A stretch of DNA of 64,000 nucleotides from an uncultured Candidatus Entotheonella sp. (GCA_965215335.1 CBDCDA010000001.1:1280001-1344000); one strand, 5' to 3'; counted from the stretch's first letter, positions 9,875 to 20,509 are shown. Notes: generated by a model not told the origin, from the letters alone. A program made the numbers and translations.

Positions 9875-12234
9875 CAGGCGCCGCGTTCGAGCGGGGAAAC
9901 CTGCCAGCGTGGTTGCGACCGACCGCCGCTTTTGCAATGCAGCCCAGGGCCTTGCCACTCGTCCTGCTGCTGTTGGCGCTGTCAACGGTGTTCCTGTTTG
10001 GCAACGACCGCGGGATCTTTTACCGAGCGGGACATCACAATTGGAACACGGCCATCTATCTTGCCAAGGCCGTCAATCTCTCACCAAAGCACAACTTCCT
10101 CGTCTTCGATTCACTCACGCTGGATATTGACGGCGCTCCCTCCCGCAGGCCCTACACCCGCTTTCCGATTGGCGGCACCGCCCTGACAAAACTCGCTATC
10201 CTCCCTTTCTGGGGCGACCTGGACGCGCAAATCTACGTCGCCCGGGTTTTGTTTCTGCTCTTCTTTTCCGGCACTGCCGTGCTGGGCTACTTGGCCGTGT
10301 CCCGACTCCTGGCAGACCGCTGGATAGCGCTGACCGCGACTCTCCTGGCCTTTTCCTCTTACTATTTGCTGTATTACAACGACATGCTCTCCACCGAGGT
10401 TGGCCCCTCTCTCTTCGGCCTGATGCTCACCTTTCACGGCATGGTTTTCTTCTCGACCGGGGCCGGCTCATTCAGGCAGTTGCTCATCAAGGCGTGTACG
10501 GCTTTGCTGTTGGGCTGGCACGTCTACGCGTTGCTGCTACCCTTCATCTTTCTGGGCCTGGCGAGCGAATTCGTCAAGGGTACGCGGCCTCCATCCCCAC
10601 TAGCTCTCGGTTTGACAGGTCGGATCAAGCGCCGAGGAACTGCGCTGCTGTCCAGCCGCTATCTGGCTCTTGGAGTGGTTGCCCTGCTTTTCGGAACGGC
10701 ATTGCTGTCTTTCAACCTGGGCAATGAGTACTTTGCGCTTGACGGTAAAGTTGCGCTCACCGAACTCCCTACGGTGGAGTCCATGACGCGTCGCTTTGGA
10801 CAGCATGACGCATTCAATGTGAAACACCGGCAAGCGTTGGCATGGATACCTTTTCTTGAAAATCAGTTCTACCGCATTGGCAAGATGACGCTGCCGTTCC
10901 TGGTCAGTCCTTTCAATAACCACTCGCTCCGTGATGCCCGAGACTACCAGAGCGTCGTAATCGGAGTATTGGCGCTGGCCGTCTGCCTCGTCGGGTTGCT
11001 TTTCATGCGCATTACCAACAAGAATTGGATGATGCCGGCAGTCCTGGTGGCGGCCGGCTTCTGCTGGGCGTTGCCGATGCGCCATAACACCGCCTTTCAT
11101 GACTTCGAGAGCGTGTTTTATGTCGGTATTCCTTTGACGGCGTTCTCTTTTATTCTTCTGTACATGCGAAAATTGGCGAAGTCGAATGGCCAATTCCTTC
11201 AGAATTGCGCGCTCATCGCGCTGCTGGTATTCGTGCTCTCCGGTGCCGAGATGGCCGGAGTTGCGGACCGTCCCAGCGATCGCACGGCGGCGAGGGAAGT
11301 AATGGAGGACTTTCAGGTCATAAGGGGCATGGTCGGGGGGAGGATTGTATCCATTCCCTTCGGAGTGCGTCATTCGAGCGAGGGAATGCACGCGAGAACT
11401 ATAGAATACTACCTTGCCGGGAGCATCATCATTGATTCCCGTGCAAGAAGGAAGCAGGAGGATTTTGCCATCCTGCCCCATCGCGACGAATTACCAGGGC
11501 TTCTCACGCCGGATAACCGGCGGATGTTCCTGTATGACATGGCCGCTTACGAGGAGGCACTGGACAGGATTGTCGAATCCGGGAAGCCGATGATCCACGT
11601 CAGGTATGGTGGCTCTGGATTCGACATATTTATGGACAGCAACAGGCTCTATTACGTCTCATACGTCCCAGCACAAACCAGTCTGGCGCGGTTTGCCGAG
11701 GATACGCCGGCGGTGAACGTGCCATTTACTGTGTACCTGGATCCTGAGATCCGACGACGCAGGGTGAAGGGGGAGCCTTGGCAATGGGAGCGTGGAAACT
11801 ACGCAGGGGGCTGGATCAAGATTCTCCGTCCCGACCACTGGGTCCCTGGCTACCAGTACACGCCCACGGACGAGGATGTCGGCTATCGCCTGCGGGCATC
11901 GGTGGGCTACATTGATACTGACGGCAATCGGAGCGTGGCGATTTCCGACCCGTCGGCACCCGTCGGGTCGGCGCCGCTGTGCATCTCCATGCCTCGGTTC
12001 TTCCTGCATATCGTCCCCGTTGACGGGGACGACCTTCCCGACCATCGCAAGCAGTACGGATTCGACAACTTCGACTTCTGCTGGGACGATTACAACGGTC
12101 CGTTCAGTAAGCTAGGCGTTGCCGTGCGCGAACTTCCCGACTACGACATCGCTCTCATCCGCACCGGCCAATACACTGCGAAAGGCCGCCTCTGGGAAGG
12201 CGAGGCCAGGCTAGTGTACAGTCCCATGGATTGA
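9862..12234 (+). CDS. Polytopic membrane protein, probable GT-C glycosyltransferase, with C-terminal extracytoplasmic domains
   Basis: RBS AAGGAG before ATG 9862; many hydrophobic segments then a soluble C-terminus; operon with GT2 and flippase-like genes. The last codons and stop lie inside the IS481 end. Confidence 0.65.
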   Translation: MRELTGAAFERGNLPAWLRPTAAFAMQPRALPLVLLLLALSTVFLFGNDRGIFYRAGHHNWNTAIYLAKAVNLSPKHNFLVFDSLTLDIDGAPSRRPYTRFPIGGTALTKLAILPFWGDLDAQIYVARVLFLLFFSGTAVLGYLAVSRLLADRWIALTATLLAFSSYYLLYYNDMLSTEVGPSLFGLMLTFHGMVFFSTGAGSFRQLLIKACTALLLGWHVYALLLPFIFLGLASEFVKGTRPPSPLALGLTGRIKRRGTALLSSRYLALGVVALLFGTALLSFNLGNEYFALDGKVALTELPTVESMTRRFGQHDAFNVKHRQALAWIPFLENQFYRIGKMTLPFLVSPFNNHSLRDARDYQSVVIGVLALAVCLVGLLFMRITNKNWMMPAVLVAAGFCWALPMRHNTAFHDFESVFYVGIPLTAFSFILLYMRKLAKSNGQFLQNCALIALLVFVLSGAEMAGVADRPSDRTAAREVMEDFQVIRGMVGGRIVSIPFGVRHSSEGMHARTIEYYLAGSIIIDSRARRKQEDFAILPHRDELPGLLTPDNRRMFLYDMAAYEEALDRIVESGKPMIHVRYGGSGFDIFMDSNRLYYVSYVPAQTSLARFAEDTPAVNVPFTVYLDPEIRRRRVKGEPWQWERGNYAGGWIKILRPDHWVPGYQYTPTDEDVGYRLRASVGYIDTDGNRSVAISDPSAPVGSAPLCISMPRFFLHIVPVDGDDLPDHRKQYGFDNFDFCWDDYNGPFSKLGVAVRELPDYDIALIRTGQYTAKGRLWEGEARLVYSPMD

Positions 12235-12957
12235 TGGTATGATCCTTTCCGCGCAATCGAAGGAAGCACTATGGGAAAGGAACTGAGCCAAACCTGCGGC
12301 ATCAACCCCAAGACCGTCCGAAAATGGCGAAAGCGAAACACCGTCGAAGACCACAAGACAGGACCCGGACAACCGCGCTCGACACTCCTCAGCGAGAAGG
12401 AAGCGCTTCAGGCGCTACCCTATCGGCTATTTCCATATCGACATCGCCGAACTGCGCACCGCCGAGGGCAAACTCCGTCGGTTCATCGCCATCGACCGGA
12501 CCTCGAAGTTCGCCTTCGCCAGGCTGGTGGAACGCGCCACCACGAAAGCGGCGGCAGCATTCCTGGACGACCTGGTTGCAGCCGTGCCCTGCCAGGTCCA
12601 TACGGTGCCGACCGACGATGGCATCGAGTTTGCCGATCTTGCCCGGAACCGAGGCGGCGCCACGGCGCGCTTGCGCGGTCACCTGTTCGAGCGGGCGTGT
12701 CGGCGCCATGGGATCAAGCACCGTCTGACGAAGCCCAACCATCCGTCCGTGGACCAACGGTCAGGCCGAGCGCATGAACCGCACGGTCAAGGAGGCCACC
12801 GTCAAGCGTTTCCGCGACGAGAGTCATGCCCGATTGCGCCGCCACCTGGATGATTTTCTGTCGGCCTGCAACTTCGCGCGGCGTCTCAAGACCCTCTAAG
12901 GCCTTACACCCTACGAATACATCTGCAAGGTCTGGACATCGGAGCCGCAAAGATTTA
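12215..12957 (+). mobile_element. IS481 family remnant
   Basis: Begins TGTACAGTCCCATGGATTGATGG; fragments GINPKTVRKWRKR, HTVPTDDGIEF, HRLTKPNHP, YEYICKVWTSEP; frameshifted and cut by IS5. Confidence 0.85.
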
Positions 12958-13745
12958 GGCTCAGGACTCATAACCAGAAGATGACCGTGACAGCAAGACA
13001 GATGGCACTGAAAAAAGGGTGTGCACACCGGTCATAGCGCGTGGCGATGCGACGCCAATCCTTGAGACGACCAGACAGACGCTCGATGAGGTTACGACTC
13101 TTGTAAAGCTCGCGATCATGGACAATCGGCTCTTTACGGTTGGCACGGCCCGGAATGCACGACGCAATGCCTCGCCTAGCGCAACCGGTAGAGCAGGCAC
13201 AATCGTATCAGCCCCGCGATAGTCGCTGACCTGACCCGCTGTCAACAACAGCACGATGGGCTTGCCATCGCCGTCACAGACCGCATGGAGCTTGGAGTTC
13301 AGACCGCCTCGGGTGCGCCCGATCTGACGCGGAAAAGCCCCTTTTTCAGCAGGCTGGCAGCGGTGCGATGCGCCTTGATATGGGTGCTGTTGATCATCAC
13401 GGTTTCGGTCTCGGTGCTTTCTGATGCCAGGGTCTGGAAGATACGGTCGAACACCCCGGCCTTGCTCCGGCGCACGAAGCGGTTGTAAGGGTCTTGTGGG
13501 GACCGTAGCAGGCCGGTGCATCGCGCCACATGAGGCCGTGGCGGATGACGTGGATGATGCCGCTGATGACCTTTCGGTCATCGACGCGTGGGACGCCCGC
13601 GCACCTTGTTGGGCAGCAGGGGTTGAAGTCGGGCAGACTGCGCATCGGAGAGCCAGAAGTGATGATCAGGCATGATGAGCCTCCCCATGGAGTCAGGGTC
13701 TTGAACCCGATATGTTCAATGATAACCCTTTATAGGTCCTGAGCC
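12958..13745 (-). mobile_element. IS5 family element, degenerate (788 bp)
   Basis: Both TIRs present with TA flanks; transposase frameshifted and internally deleted; AAAAAGGGGG slip site. Confidence 0.9.
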
Positions 13746-13795
13746 TAGCCAAGGGTAGGGTGACCAGCCCGGCGCCGCACGCCAGGTCCACTTCA
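13746..13795 (-). pseudogene. Methyltransferase N-terminal fragment (SAM-binding motif I)
   Basis: Reads [17 protein letters not shown], in frame with the 6731-7235 part once the transposon is removed. Confidence 0.75.
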
Positions 13796-13817
13796 TGGCA
13801 GCGCAACAAGGAGGTTC

Positions 13818-14050
13818 CTATCCCTTGGCGTACTCGAACAGTGCCGTCACGTCGACGGCGAAGCCATCCAACAGCGGCGAGGTTGCCGTGTCGCCGCGGG
13901 AGAATGCGCCGTGCGACATAGGCGTCCCCGGCGAGGGTAAGCACGGTGACGGTCTCGAAGCGGGGATCGACGATCCAGTACTCGGGGACGTCCACCTCCG
14001 CGTAGTCGGCGCGTTTGGTGACGAGATCACGATCCGGATCGTCCGGGCTG
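13818..14050 (-). pseudogene. Uma2 family endonuclease fragment
   Basis: [29 protein letters not shown] then, after a frameshift, [18 protein letters not shown]. Confidence 0.75.
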
Positions 14051-14202
14051 CGGCGCCGTGCCAAGACTGGCATTATACACGGATGCCGTCTCCTCGCACC
14101 GGCTTGGTGGCGGGGTGCGCCCTCAGCAGGGCTATGCTAGAATGCGCCATTTACAACTCCCCGCAAAACCTCTGTCAGCATCCCCCAAGGAGAACGGAAT
14201 CC

Positions 14203-15408
14203 ATGCGTGTCACATTTGCCTCGGAAAGCGTAACGGAAGGTCATCCGGACAAGGTCTGCGACAAGATATCGGATAGCGTCCTGGATGCTGCGTTGACGGT
14301 GGATGCCAAGGCCCGCGTGGCCTGCGAGACCCTGGTCTCCGAAAACCTGGTCGTGATCACCGGCGAGGTAAGTGAGTCCGTTCTGAACAACCTGGACATC
14401 GAGAGCGTCGCCCGCGAGGCGGTGCGCGCGATCGGCTACACGTCGCCGGATATCGGCTTCGACGCCGATACGTGCCAGGTGCAGGTGCACCTGAAGCCGC
14501 AAAGCCCCGACATCTCCCAGGGCGTGTCCGGCGGCGAGGGCCTGTTCAAGGAGCAGGGCGCCGGCGACCAGGGCATGATGTTCGGCTACGCCACCAAGGA
14601 AGCCCGACTGCACGACGTGGATACGGAACTGATGCCGACACCTATTTACTTTGCCCACCGGCTCACGGGGCGTCTGGCCGAGGTGCGCAAGGCGGGCATC
14701 GTGCCCGGCCTGTATCCCGACGGCAAGGCGCAAGTGGCGGTGGAGTATGAGGACAACGTACCCGTGGCCATCGCCAACCTGGTGATTTCCACGCACCACA
14801 GCCCCGACCTGAAACTCAACGACCTGCGCGCCGCCCTCATCGATCACGTCATCAAGCCGGTCATCCCCGACCGGCTGCTGTCCCACAGCCTGATGGACGC
14901 CGAGCGCGACCGGCTCGACAGCACGGTGATCTTCGTCAACCCCACGGGCGCCTTCCTGCACGGCGGCCCCAAGGCAGACGCCGGGCTGACCGGCCGCAAG
15001 ATCATCGTCGATACTTACGGCGGCATGGGCCGCCACGGCGGTGGTGCGTTCTCCGGCAAGGACCCGAGCAAGGTGGACCGCTCGGCGGCCTATATGGCCC
15101 GCCACATCGCCAAATGCGTCGTGGCTGCCGAGCTCGCCAACGTCTGCGAGGTGCAGATCGCCTACGTCATCGGCCACGCTAATCCCGTCAGCGTGCGGGT
15201 CGACACCGCGAATCCCATCGTCTCGGAAGAGAAAATCGGCCAGGCCATCCAGGACGTCTTCGACATGCGCCCCGAATTCATCATCCAACGCCTCGACCTG
15301 CTGCGACCGATCTACCGCCCCACCGCTGCCTACGGCCACTTCGGCCGCCCCGACTTTCCCTGGGAAGCCGCCGACCGCGTCAGCGATCTGCAGCGCACCC
15401 TGTCGTAG
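14203..15408 (+). CDS. metK: S-adenosylmethionine synthetase
   Basis: [26 protein letters not shown] and [16 protein letters not shown] signatures; RBS AAGGAG upstream. Confidence 0.97.
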   Translation: MRVTFASESVTEGHPDKVCDKISDSVLDAALTVDAKARVACETLVSENLVVITGEVSESVLNNLDIESVAREAVRAIGYTSPDIGFDADTCQVQVHLKPQSPDISQGVSGGEGLFKEQGAGDQGMMFGYATKEARLHDVDTELMPTPIYFAHRLTGRLAEVRKAGIVPGLYPDGKAQVAVEYEDNVPVAIANLVISTHHSPDLKLNDLRAALIDHVIKPVIPDRLLSHSLMDAERDRLDSTVIFVNPTGAFLHGGPKADAGLTGRKIIVDTYGGMGRHGGGAFSGKDPSKVDRSAAYMARHIAKCVVAAELANVCEVQIAYVIGHANPVSVRVDTANPIVSEEKIGQAIQDVFDMRPEFIIQRLDLLRPIYRPTAAYGHFGRPDFPWEAADRVSDLQRTLS

Positions 15409-15458
15409 CGGACCGTCGCCGCGCGGCCTGCGTCGTCTGCATCGCAAGGATCAGGCGG

Positions 15459-16029
15459 ATGGTGGAGGCGTACGATCCCCTGAACTACGAAAACCTGGCT
15501 CGCAGTGTGGTGAACGCACTGCTGGAGGCGGAAGCGGTCGCCATGCCGCCGGTAAGCGAGTTTTCCGGCTCCGGCGTTTACGCGTTGTACTACCTCGGCG
15601 GGCTGCCATTTTACGAGGGGATCGCTTCCCGGCAATGCCACCCCCATCTACGTCGGCAAGGCGGCGCCGGCTGGAGGGCGAAAGGGCGGCAGGAGCAGCG
15701 GCGCGGACGGGAGCGGCGGCGAACTGTTCCGCCGCCTGCGGCAGCACGGCAGGTCCGTCGAGCAGGCCCGCAATTTGCATCTCGGCGAATTCAGGTGCCG
15801 CTATCTGGTCGTGTTCCCGGTGTGGATCGATCTGGCGGAGCGATTCCTGCTCGAACACTTCCGACCGGTATGGAATACGGTGATCGACGGCTTCGGCAAC
15901 CACGATCCCGGTCGCGGTCGCCGCGCCATGCGACGCCCCCGCTGGGACGCGGTGCATCCCGGTCGGCCTTGGGCCGCGGCGTTGCAGACCGACGAGACCG
16001 TCGCGGATGTTCTGTCGCTGCTGGATTGA
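15459..16029 (+). pseudogene. Eco29kI-family GIY-YIG restriction endonuclease, frameshifted
   Basis: YDPLNYENL...GVYALYY, then in the +1 frame PIYVGKA...RLRQH...PVWN..IDGFGNHDPGRGR...WDAVHPGRPWA; shift near the C5 run at 15641-15645. Confidence 0.85.
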
Positions 16030-16037
16030 AGCCTTGC

Positions 16038-17375
16038 CTACGGCGCCCGGAGCTCGACCGCGGTCTCGTACAGCCTCACACGCTGACGCACCAAGCCGAT
16101 GCGCACCGATGAATTGACGATGCTGTTCCCCGTCCGTCGCTTCCGCACCTCGTGCAACGCCACGATCCTGAACCCTTCCCGTTCCGCAATCTCCGCGAAC
16201 AGCCTGTCCGTCTGAAACTCGATGCCCTGCAGGATGTTGTTGCCGATCACGACGACCACGCCGCCGCCGGGGCGCATGCGGCTCAGCGTGACGGTGCAGA
16301 AACGCTGACAGTCGTTGAAGTAGGCGGCGGCGTAATTGGCCCAGCCGGAACCGCCGTAGGGACCCTTTTCGGGGTGCAGCGCACGAAGCTGTTCAATCTG
16401 CTCGGCCAAGTGGGGCAGATTGGGCTGCAAAGCGACCGGCGGACCGGATCGCACCGTCTGCCAGAACAGCCCGAAGCTCTGGCGCTCAATGGCCTTCAGG
16501 TCGGCAGGCGACTGCGCCAAGCCGAGCCAGAAGAGGTGTGGGCGCGTATTGCGAATGTAGTGATAGTTGTTGAGGTACGGTGGGGAGGTAATGAGCACGT
16601 CGATGCTGCGGGGTTCGATCCGGTGCGCGTGGTCGAGGTAGGACAGTGGGCGCACGATGGCGCGCGGAACCCGCTTGTGCTTGGCCAGCCAGCCCTGGAA
16701 CCTGACGATGTCGTCGCGCATTTCCTGCAATTTGCGCCGGACGGTGCCGAAAACGTCGGCACCGTCGATATCGGGCTTGCCCGCGCCGGCCCGCGTGCCG
16801 AGGCTGGGCTCGTAGGTGTAGTTGGAAAAGCTCACCATCACGGAACCGAAGGCGACGTGCAGCAGGTCCTTCAGCCAGTCGGTGGTTTCTTCGGCGATGA
16901 AATCCAGGCACGCCAGCACCTGCCGTTCCACCGCGTCGCTGAAAAACGGCGTGCGGCTGCGGAAGCCCTTCGGGCGCCTTGAAACGGGCCTCGTGTGGCG
17001 CCAGGACGCCGCCTCGCCGCACGCCTCGAAGCGGGCGATCAGGGCGTCCAGAACCGCCACGTCGTAGTTCCCGGCACCGGCCTTCACCCTGCAGGCGAGC
17101 GCCGCGTAGGGATTGATCTCGAAGCCGATGGTATCGTCGCCTTTTCTCAGGGCTTCGATGAGGGTGGTGCCGACCCCGGCGAAGGGGTCGAGGACGCGCA
17201 TCTTGCCACGCTGCCTGACGGTATCCAGCACCCCGGCGACAAAGGAGCCGGAGAACCCGGCGATCCAGGGGACCCAGCGGTGCAGCGCGAGCTCGTGATT
17301 TTCCGTGAAGGCGGTATCGCGGAAGCTTGGCGGGATCAGGCCATGTTGCACGTTCGACTCGGCGTTTGCCATCAT
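16038..17375 (-). CDS. Amino (probably N4-cytosine) DNA methyltransferase
   Basis: DPFAGVGTT motif I precedes ITSPPY motif IV; HRWVPWIAGFS N-terminal segment; convergent with the nuclease. Confidence 0.88.
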   Translation of the reverse strand: MMANAESNVQHGLIPPSFRDTAFTENHELALHRWVPWIAGFSGSFVAGVLDTVRQRGKMRVLDPFAGVGTTLIEALRKGDDTIGFEINPYAALACRVKAGAGNYDVAVLDALIARFEACGEAASWRHTRPVSRRPKGFRSRTPFFSDAVERQVLACLDFIAEETTDWLKDLLHVAFGSVMVSFSNYTYEPSLGTRAGAGKPDIDGADVFGTVRRKLQEMRDDIVRFQGWLAKHKRVPRAIVRPLSYLDHAHRIEPRSIDVLITSPPYLNNYHYIRNTRPHLFWLGLAQSPADLKAIERQSFGLFWQTVRSGPPVALQPNLPHLAEQIEQLRALHPEKGPYGGSGWANYAAAYFNDCQRFCTVTLSRMRPGGGVVVVIGNNILQGIEFQTDRLFAEIAEREGFRIVALHEVRKRRTGNSIVNSSVRIGLVRQRVRLYETAVELRAP

Positions 17376-17786
17376 GTCAACGACAGGGAAGGGTATATGG
17401 GCGAGGCGGGATTCGGCAGCAGGCGGCGGCCGGGGCAGTCAACCACCAGGTCCAGCACTTCCAGCAGCACCTGCCCCAGAAGCGCTTCGCTTCGCAGGGG
17501 TCCGACCAGACATGGCAAGGTCACGCTGCGGCCCGCCACCTCCACATGAATACCCTTCGCCATGGGCATCTCTTCACGGCGTTCGTCGGCCAGGGTAGCG
17601 ATGACGCGATCCCCTATCGGAACACCCGGGTAATTCGACCACGTCGCGGGGAAACACGTTCATCACCGCGCCGGTATCGACAAGCCCCCGGATTTGAAGC
17701 GCCCGGACCTGTGAGGCTGGTAAAAGCCCCTCCTGCGCCTTGACGCGGTCGATGAAATTTTCGAGCCGGACCTCGGCTCTGACGAC

Positions 17787-19312
17787 GTAAGCGTTCAGAG
17801 GGCCGTGCAATGGGAGGGGTTATCGTAGAGCCAAGAGAGGTCAGGCGGACGATCGTGCATGAACGCCTCAAGGGCGTCAACCAACACCGAGAAGGTCGAT
17901 TGTTCCAGTTGCCGACATGTCTGACGCAGCGACAGACTCCGTTGCACCCAGGCATTGCCCTTGATACTCGCCGTACCCAAGGAACTCTTGCGCCACAACA
18001 CGCCAAAGCGCAAGGCGCGCTCCGCCCGGTTGTTGGTCGGCTCAACTCCCGACTCGTTGAGAAACACCCACAACGAACCCAACTCGCGCCGCAAGCACCT
18101 CACCAGACGACCGCCATCATCAGGGCGCAGCCCATGGCGTTTCATCAGACGACACAACCGCGCATACCATGCCTGCCATTGCCCCCCACTTGGCGGCGCG
18201 TGAGCCATCTGACACAAACGCTGGAGTTCCTGCAAGACCGCCTTGCCACAGGCAACAAGGCCAGGAACCTGTCGCTGCGACAACTCCCGGGCACGACGAA
18301 TGAGATGCGCCAAGCAGGTCTGACGAGCATTGCCCCAGGCTTGATACACCCCGTAGCCGTCACTGACCAGGATGCCGCGCCAATCCTTGATCAAAGACCC
18401 GAAGGCTTCCTGCGAACGCTTGGGATGAATACGGTACAGGGCGACGGTATCCGTGACCATGCTCCAGAGCCATTGCAAGGCATGGCGGCAGTACCAGGGC
18501 GTCTCGTCAACGTAGCCCACCCGTGTCTTGCGGGCCAAGCGAGCAATGGCCGCATCGTGCGGCACAATAGCCAGGGAGGTACGGTCGATGAGACGCTGAA
18601 TCGCCCCCAGGCTGATTGGCACACCCAACACCGAGCGACAGAAATCCTGTACGCCGCGCCGGGAGATGCGGTGCATGGCACTGAGTTCGCCAATCAAGGC
18701 CATCAGACGCGGGCCATGGCCGGTTTGCTGCGCCTTGGGGAGGCGGGCCTTGAGCAGCCGGCCACAGCCTGAACATCGGCCTTGGTGCAAGACCCAGTGG
18801 GTGACGTGCAACGCCATGGGTGGCAACTCCATGACCTGATGGAGGTGATACGGCGCTGTCTGGCCAGGTACGCCCTGGCCGCAGGCACAAGGTCCGGGAT
18901 GGATGGCCCGCCGCTCGGTGGGACGGAGCAATCTGGAGCCTGACCCAGGATGGCCCATTCGTGCGCCCCGTTTGCCTGGGGGCTTGTCTTGCTTGCTGAC
19001 AGGTCTTTGGAAGGGTGAATCCGACGAGGGTGGTTTGTCGGATGTCTTGGACGTGCGTTGCAAGCGCTTTTGGAGTTGGTCGATTTGTTCCTGGAGTTGG
19101 GCCAGGCGTTGGTGCAGGGCGAAGAGACAGGCTTGTACAGCCGGTGGTGTGTGCTGCCAATCGGTTTGCGACAGCGACTCAGGCGGTATCGACGGTTCCA
19201 TTCGGGACTTCCTGAGAAGGGCAACGGGAGAGCGAAAAACGAGTGTGACCGTAGCCCATAATAGGGCCGTCTGCAATAGATACCTGCACACTTGGCCCCC
19301 CTGAACGCTTAC
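17787..19312 (-). mobile_element. IS66 family element, single-ORF type, complete (1526 bp)
   Basis: TIR GTAAGCGTTCAG at both ends; 8-bp TSD CTGACGAC at 17779-17786 and 19313-19320. Confidence 0.95.
17795..19201 (-). CDS. IS66 family transposase
   Basis: SDKPPSSD, YVDETPW, LVSDGYGVY, QTCLAHLIR and EPTNNRAERALR motifs. Confidence 0.93.
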   Translation of the reverse strand: MEPSIPPESLSQTDWQHTPPAVQACLFALHQRLAQLQEQIDQLQKRLQRTSKTSDKPPSSDSPFQRPVSKQDKPPGKRGARMGHPGSGSRLLRPTERRAIHPGPCACGQGVPGQTAPYHLHQVMELPPMALHVTHWVLHQGRCSGCGRLLKARLPKAQQTGHGPRLMALIGELSAMHRISRRGVQDFCRSVLGVPISLGAIQRLIDRTSLAIVPHDAAIARLARKTRVGYVDETPWYCRHALQWLWSMVTDTVALYRIHPKRSQEAFGSLIKDWRGILVSDGYGVYQAWGNARQTCLAHLIRRARELSQRQVPGLVACGKAVLQELQRLCQMAHAPPSGGQWQAWYARLCRLMKRHGLRPDDGGRLVRCLRRELGSLWVFLNESGVEPTNNRAERALRFGVLWRKSSLGTASIKGNAWVQRSLSLRQTCRQLEQSTFSVLVDALEAFMHDRPPDLSWLYDNPSHCTAL

Positions 19313-19458
19313 CTGACGACACCCATCGCTCCCTCTCCCTTGCCTCTGGACATTCATTTTCGTCGGGAAAACCTCTGTCGGAACCGAGATACTCGCGGCA
19401 TTCATTGTAGGTCAGATACCCTTCGGCTTCCAGCCCGGCGAGCCCAATCGGCGCACCT

Positions 19459-20496
19459 TTACAGCGTGCGGAAGGCGTCAGGGATATCGCGTGCGCGAAG
19501 GGTTTTGAAGAAGGCGATGGTGCGTCGCAGGTCGCCGTCGTGGGCGGCGAGAGCGTCTTCGAAGAAGGCGGTGTCGCGGTTGTAGACGCGGAAGGACAGC
19601 AGCAGAGCGTTGTTGAGGGATCGGCCTTCGAAGAACCGGCGGTAGGCGTGGGTTTTCATGCGCGGGAAGAGCGCCGGATAGGTTGCCACGGCGTCATCGA
19701 ACAGGGCTTCGCGGCGGCGCAGTTTTTCCGCCCGGCTGACCTGCTCCTGATACAGGTCCTGCAGACGCGAGATGAGTCGCTGCAGATGCGTGCGCAGGAG
19801 GTGCGCGTCGGCGCGACGGTCCCGGTAATCCCGATAGGCCGGCGAATTCACGCCGTCGTGGTGCGCCAGATACGCTTCAGCGCCCTTCTGCCCCACGAAA
19901 CCGGCCAGGCTTTCGTTGAAGCTGACGTGGCCCTTGATCCACACCGTCTGGTGCAGCATCTCGTGCAGGACGGTTTCGATCAGGGCGCTGTCGGGGTAGG
20001 ACAGCATGCTGGAGAGAATCGGGTCGGCGAAATAGCCGAGGGTACTGTAGGCGCGCACGCCGCGCAGGTAGGTATCGTAGCCGCGCTGCTGCAACTCGCG
20101 TTGCGCAGCCAGGGCGTCGTCCTGGTTGAAGAAGCCCTGGTATGGCATGCGCCCGACGAGGGGGTAGCGCCACACGTAGGGCGCGATGGCGTCGACCGGC
20201 GAGGCGGTGAGGTTGTAGCCGACGAACGGCCGGTCCAGGTGCACGAAGGTGGTGTAGACGGCGCTGTCGTGCAGTCCAAGGTGTTCGATGCCGAACGCCC
20301 GCACCTTGAGGACGAGGCGAATCTTGTCGCGTTGGGCGTCGCTGAGGCGGGCGTCCTGCAGCGCTTCCCGCACCGGGCGGCGCTGCCGCAGCAAGTCCAC
20401 CTGCCCCGTTGCCAGGTGCCACAGGTGCCCGAGGCCGCAGCCGTTCAGGAGCAGCAGGACGGCGAGTAGAAGCGCAGGTCGGATTAGCGGAGCATA
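19459..20496 (-). CDS. Putative zinc aminopeptidase lipoprotein
   Basis: LNGC lipobox, AYSTLGYFADP, HEMLH metal motif, FNESLA; no clear in-frame ATG, so the start is uncertain. Confidence 0.8.
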   Translation of the reverse strand, partial: YAPLIRPALLLAVLLLLNGCGLGHLWHLATGQVDLLRQRRPVREALQDARLSDAQRDKIRLVLKVRAFGIEHLGLHDSAVYTTFVHLDRPFVGYNLTASPVDAIAPYVWRYPLVGRMPYQGFFNQDDALAAQRELQQRGYDTYLRGVRAYSTLGYFADPILSSMLSYPDSALIETVLHEMLHQTVWIKGHVSFNESLAGFVGQKGAEAYLAHHDGVNSPAYRDYRDRRADAHLLRTHLQRLISRLQDLYQEQVSRAEKLRRREALFDDAVATYPALFPRMKTHAYRRFFEGRSLNNALLLSFRVYNRDTAFFEDALAAHDGDLRRTIAFFKTLRARDIPDAFRTL

Positions 20497-20509
20497 ATCC
20501 GACGTTCCG

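Larger units (their letters stand above)
7236..13745. mobile_element. Putative IS5-bounded composite transposon carrying a glycosylation cassette
   Basis: Outer ends GGCTCAGGAC (7236) and GTCCTGAGCC (13745), each flanked by TA; the flanks rejoin in frame as one methyltransferase. Confidence 0.8.
17372..19326 (-). pseudogene. Clan AA (retroviral-like) aspartyl protease interrupted by IS66 and frameshifted
   Basis: Removing IS66 gives MGVVRAEVRLENF...GLVDTGAV; frameshift near 17628; ends ALLGQVLLEVLDLVVD. Confidence 0.8.

Noticed and set aside
14080..14202. SAM riboswitch upstream of metK
   Set aside because: No recognisable SAM-I/II consensus or terminator; only a possible extended -10 (TGcTAGAAT).
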